DNA of 64,000 nt from Callorhinchus milii (Eukaryota): NCBI RefSeq assembly GCF_018977255.1, contig NW_024704743.1, forward strand, positions 34,722,001 through 34,786,000. Reading direction: 5' to 3'. Below the pieces are notes generated by a model, which searched no databases, was not told where the DNA came from, and saw only the letters and a list, made by a program, of their open reading frames with translations. The position numbers and the translations under genes were made by a program. Shown here piece by piece: positions 63,539-64,000 of the stretch (positions within the stretch are counted from its first letter, which is position 1; the number at the start of each line of letters is the position of its first letter).

Positions 63539-63709
63539 AACACGGTCTAGAGATGAGGCACTGGGTAGGCAAGAACGACCCAGAGATTTAAGTACATCGC
63601 GGTGGTCTCCTTCAAGGAGAAGACTCAGCAGATCTCCGATCAGAAGGAGATCTCGTTCTCTTCTCAGACGAAGTCGCTCTCCAAGGAGGAGAAGCCGATC
63701 CAGAAGGAG
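63539..63709 (+). CDS. PRPF4B: PRP4 kinase, coding exon 3 (RS repeats); gene continues beyond the window
   Basis: RTRSRDE..RWSPSRRR..SRSPIRRRSRSLLRRSRSPRRRSRS; atttttag| acceptor, AG|gtaatc donor, phase matches exon 2. Confidence 0.95.
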
Positions 63710-64000
63710 GTAATCTGTTGCATTAAAAAAAAATGCGAGCTGGAATGCATATTTATACTGTAAATGGTATTTATGAAAACATAAGGACCAGGAGGCCTGG
63801 AAATTGCTTGGCTGGCTTCCTATGCTCAGGTGCAGCATACATCAATGTCGGTACATACGCAGGAAGTGATGTTAGCGAGAAGCTGATGATTCAGAGGCAG
63901 GAATGGTAGCCTTTGTTCCATGGGCCCGTGATAATGAGATGTCTAAACTTTGTCTGTTAAACGACTAACTAACTAATTGCTTGATATAACTAGATAATGT

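Noticed and set aside
1..64000. CRISPR array, operon or other prokaryotic system
   Set aside because: Intron-containing vertebrate gene and eukaryotic retroelements; recurring motifs are dispersed SINE/LINE tails, not regularly spaced repeats.

Overview
Vertebrate genomic DNA, most likely a cartilaginous fish (inferred from the repeat landscape: L2, CR1, L1/Tx1, a Penelope-like element, Deu-domain and tRNA-derived SINEs). The only host gene I can support is the 5' part of PRPF4B (PRP4 kinase) on the + strand: CpG-island promoter near 51 kb, coding exons at 51295-51374, 60009-61241 and 63539-63709, all joined in phase 2; the gene continues past the window. The first ~51 kb is intergenic and rich in transposable elements. 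I found no prokaryote-type system such as CRISPR or an operon. The most interesting observations are: (i) an unclassified ~600-bp interspersed repeat with a conserved 3' hairpin and A-tail, seen in 4 + strand copies plus - strand remnants; (ii) a Penelope-like element with a degenerate hammerhead-ribozyme core, an inverted RT segment and a very young L2 inserted in its GIY-YIG domain; (iii) a SINE/L2 pair sharing a 3' stem-loop, including one mosaic copy; (iv) several templated-insertion and duplication scars; (v) a candidate spliced transcript divergent from the PRPF4B promoter. Old repeat boundaries were read by eye and are approximate (tens of bp); no database searches were run.
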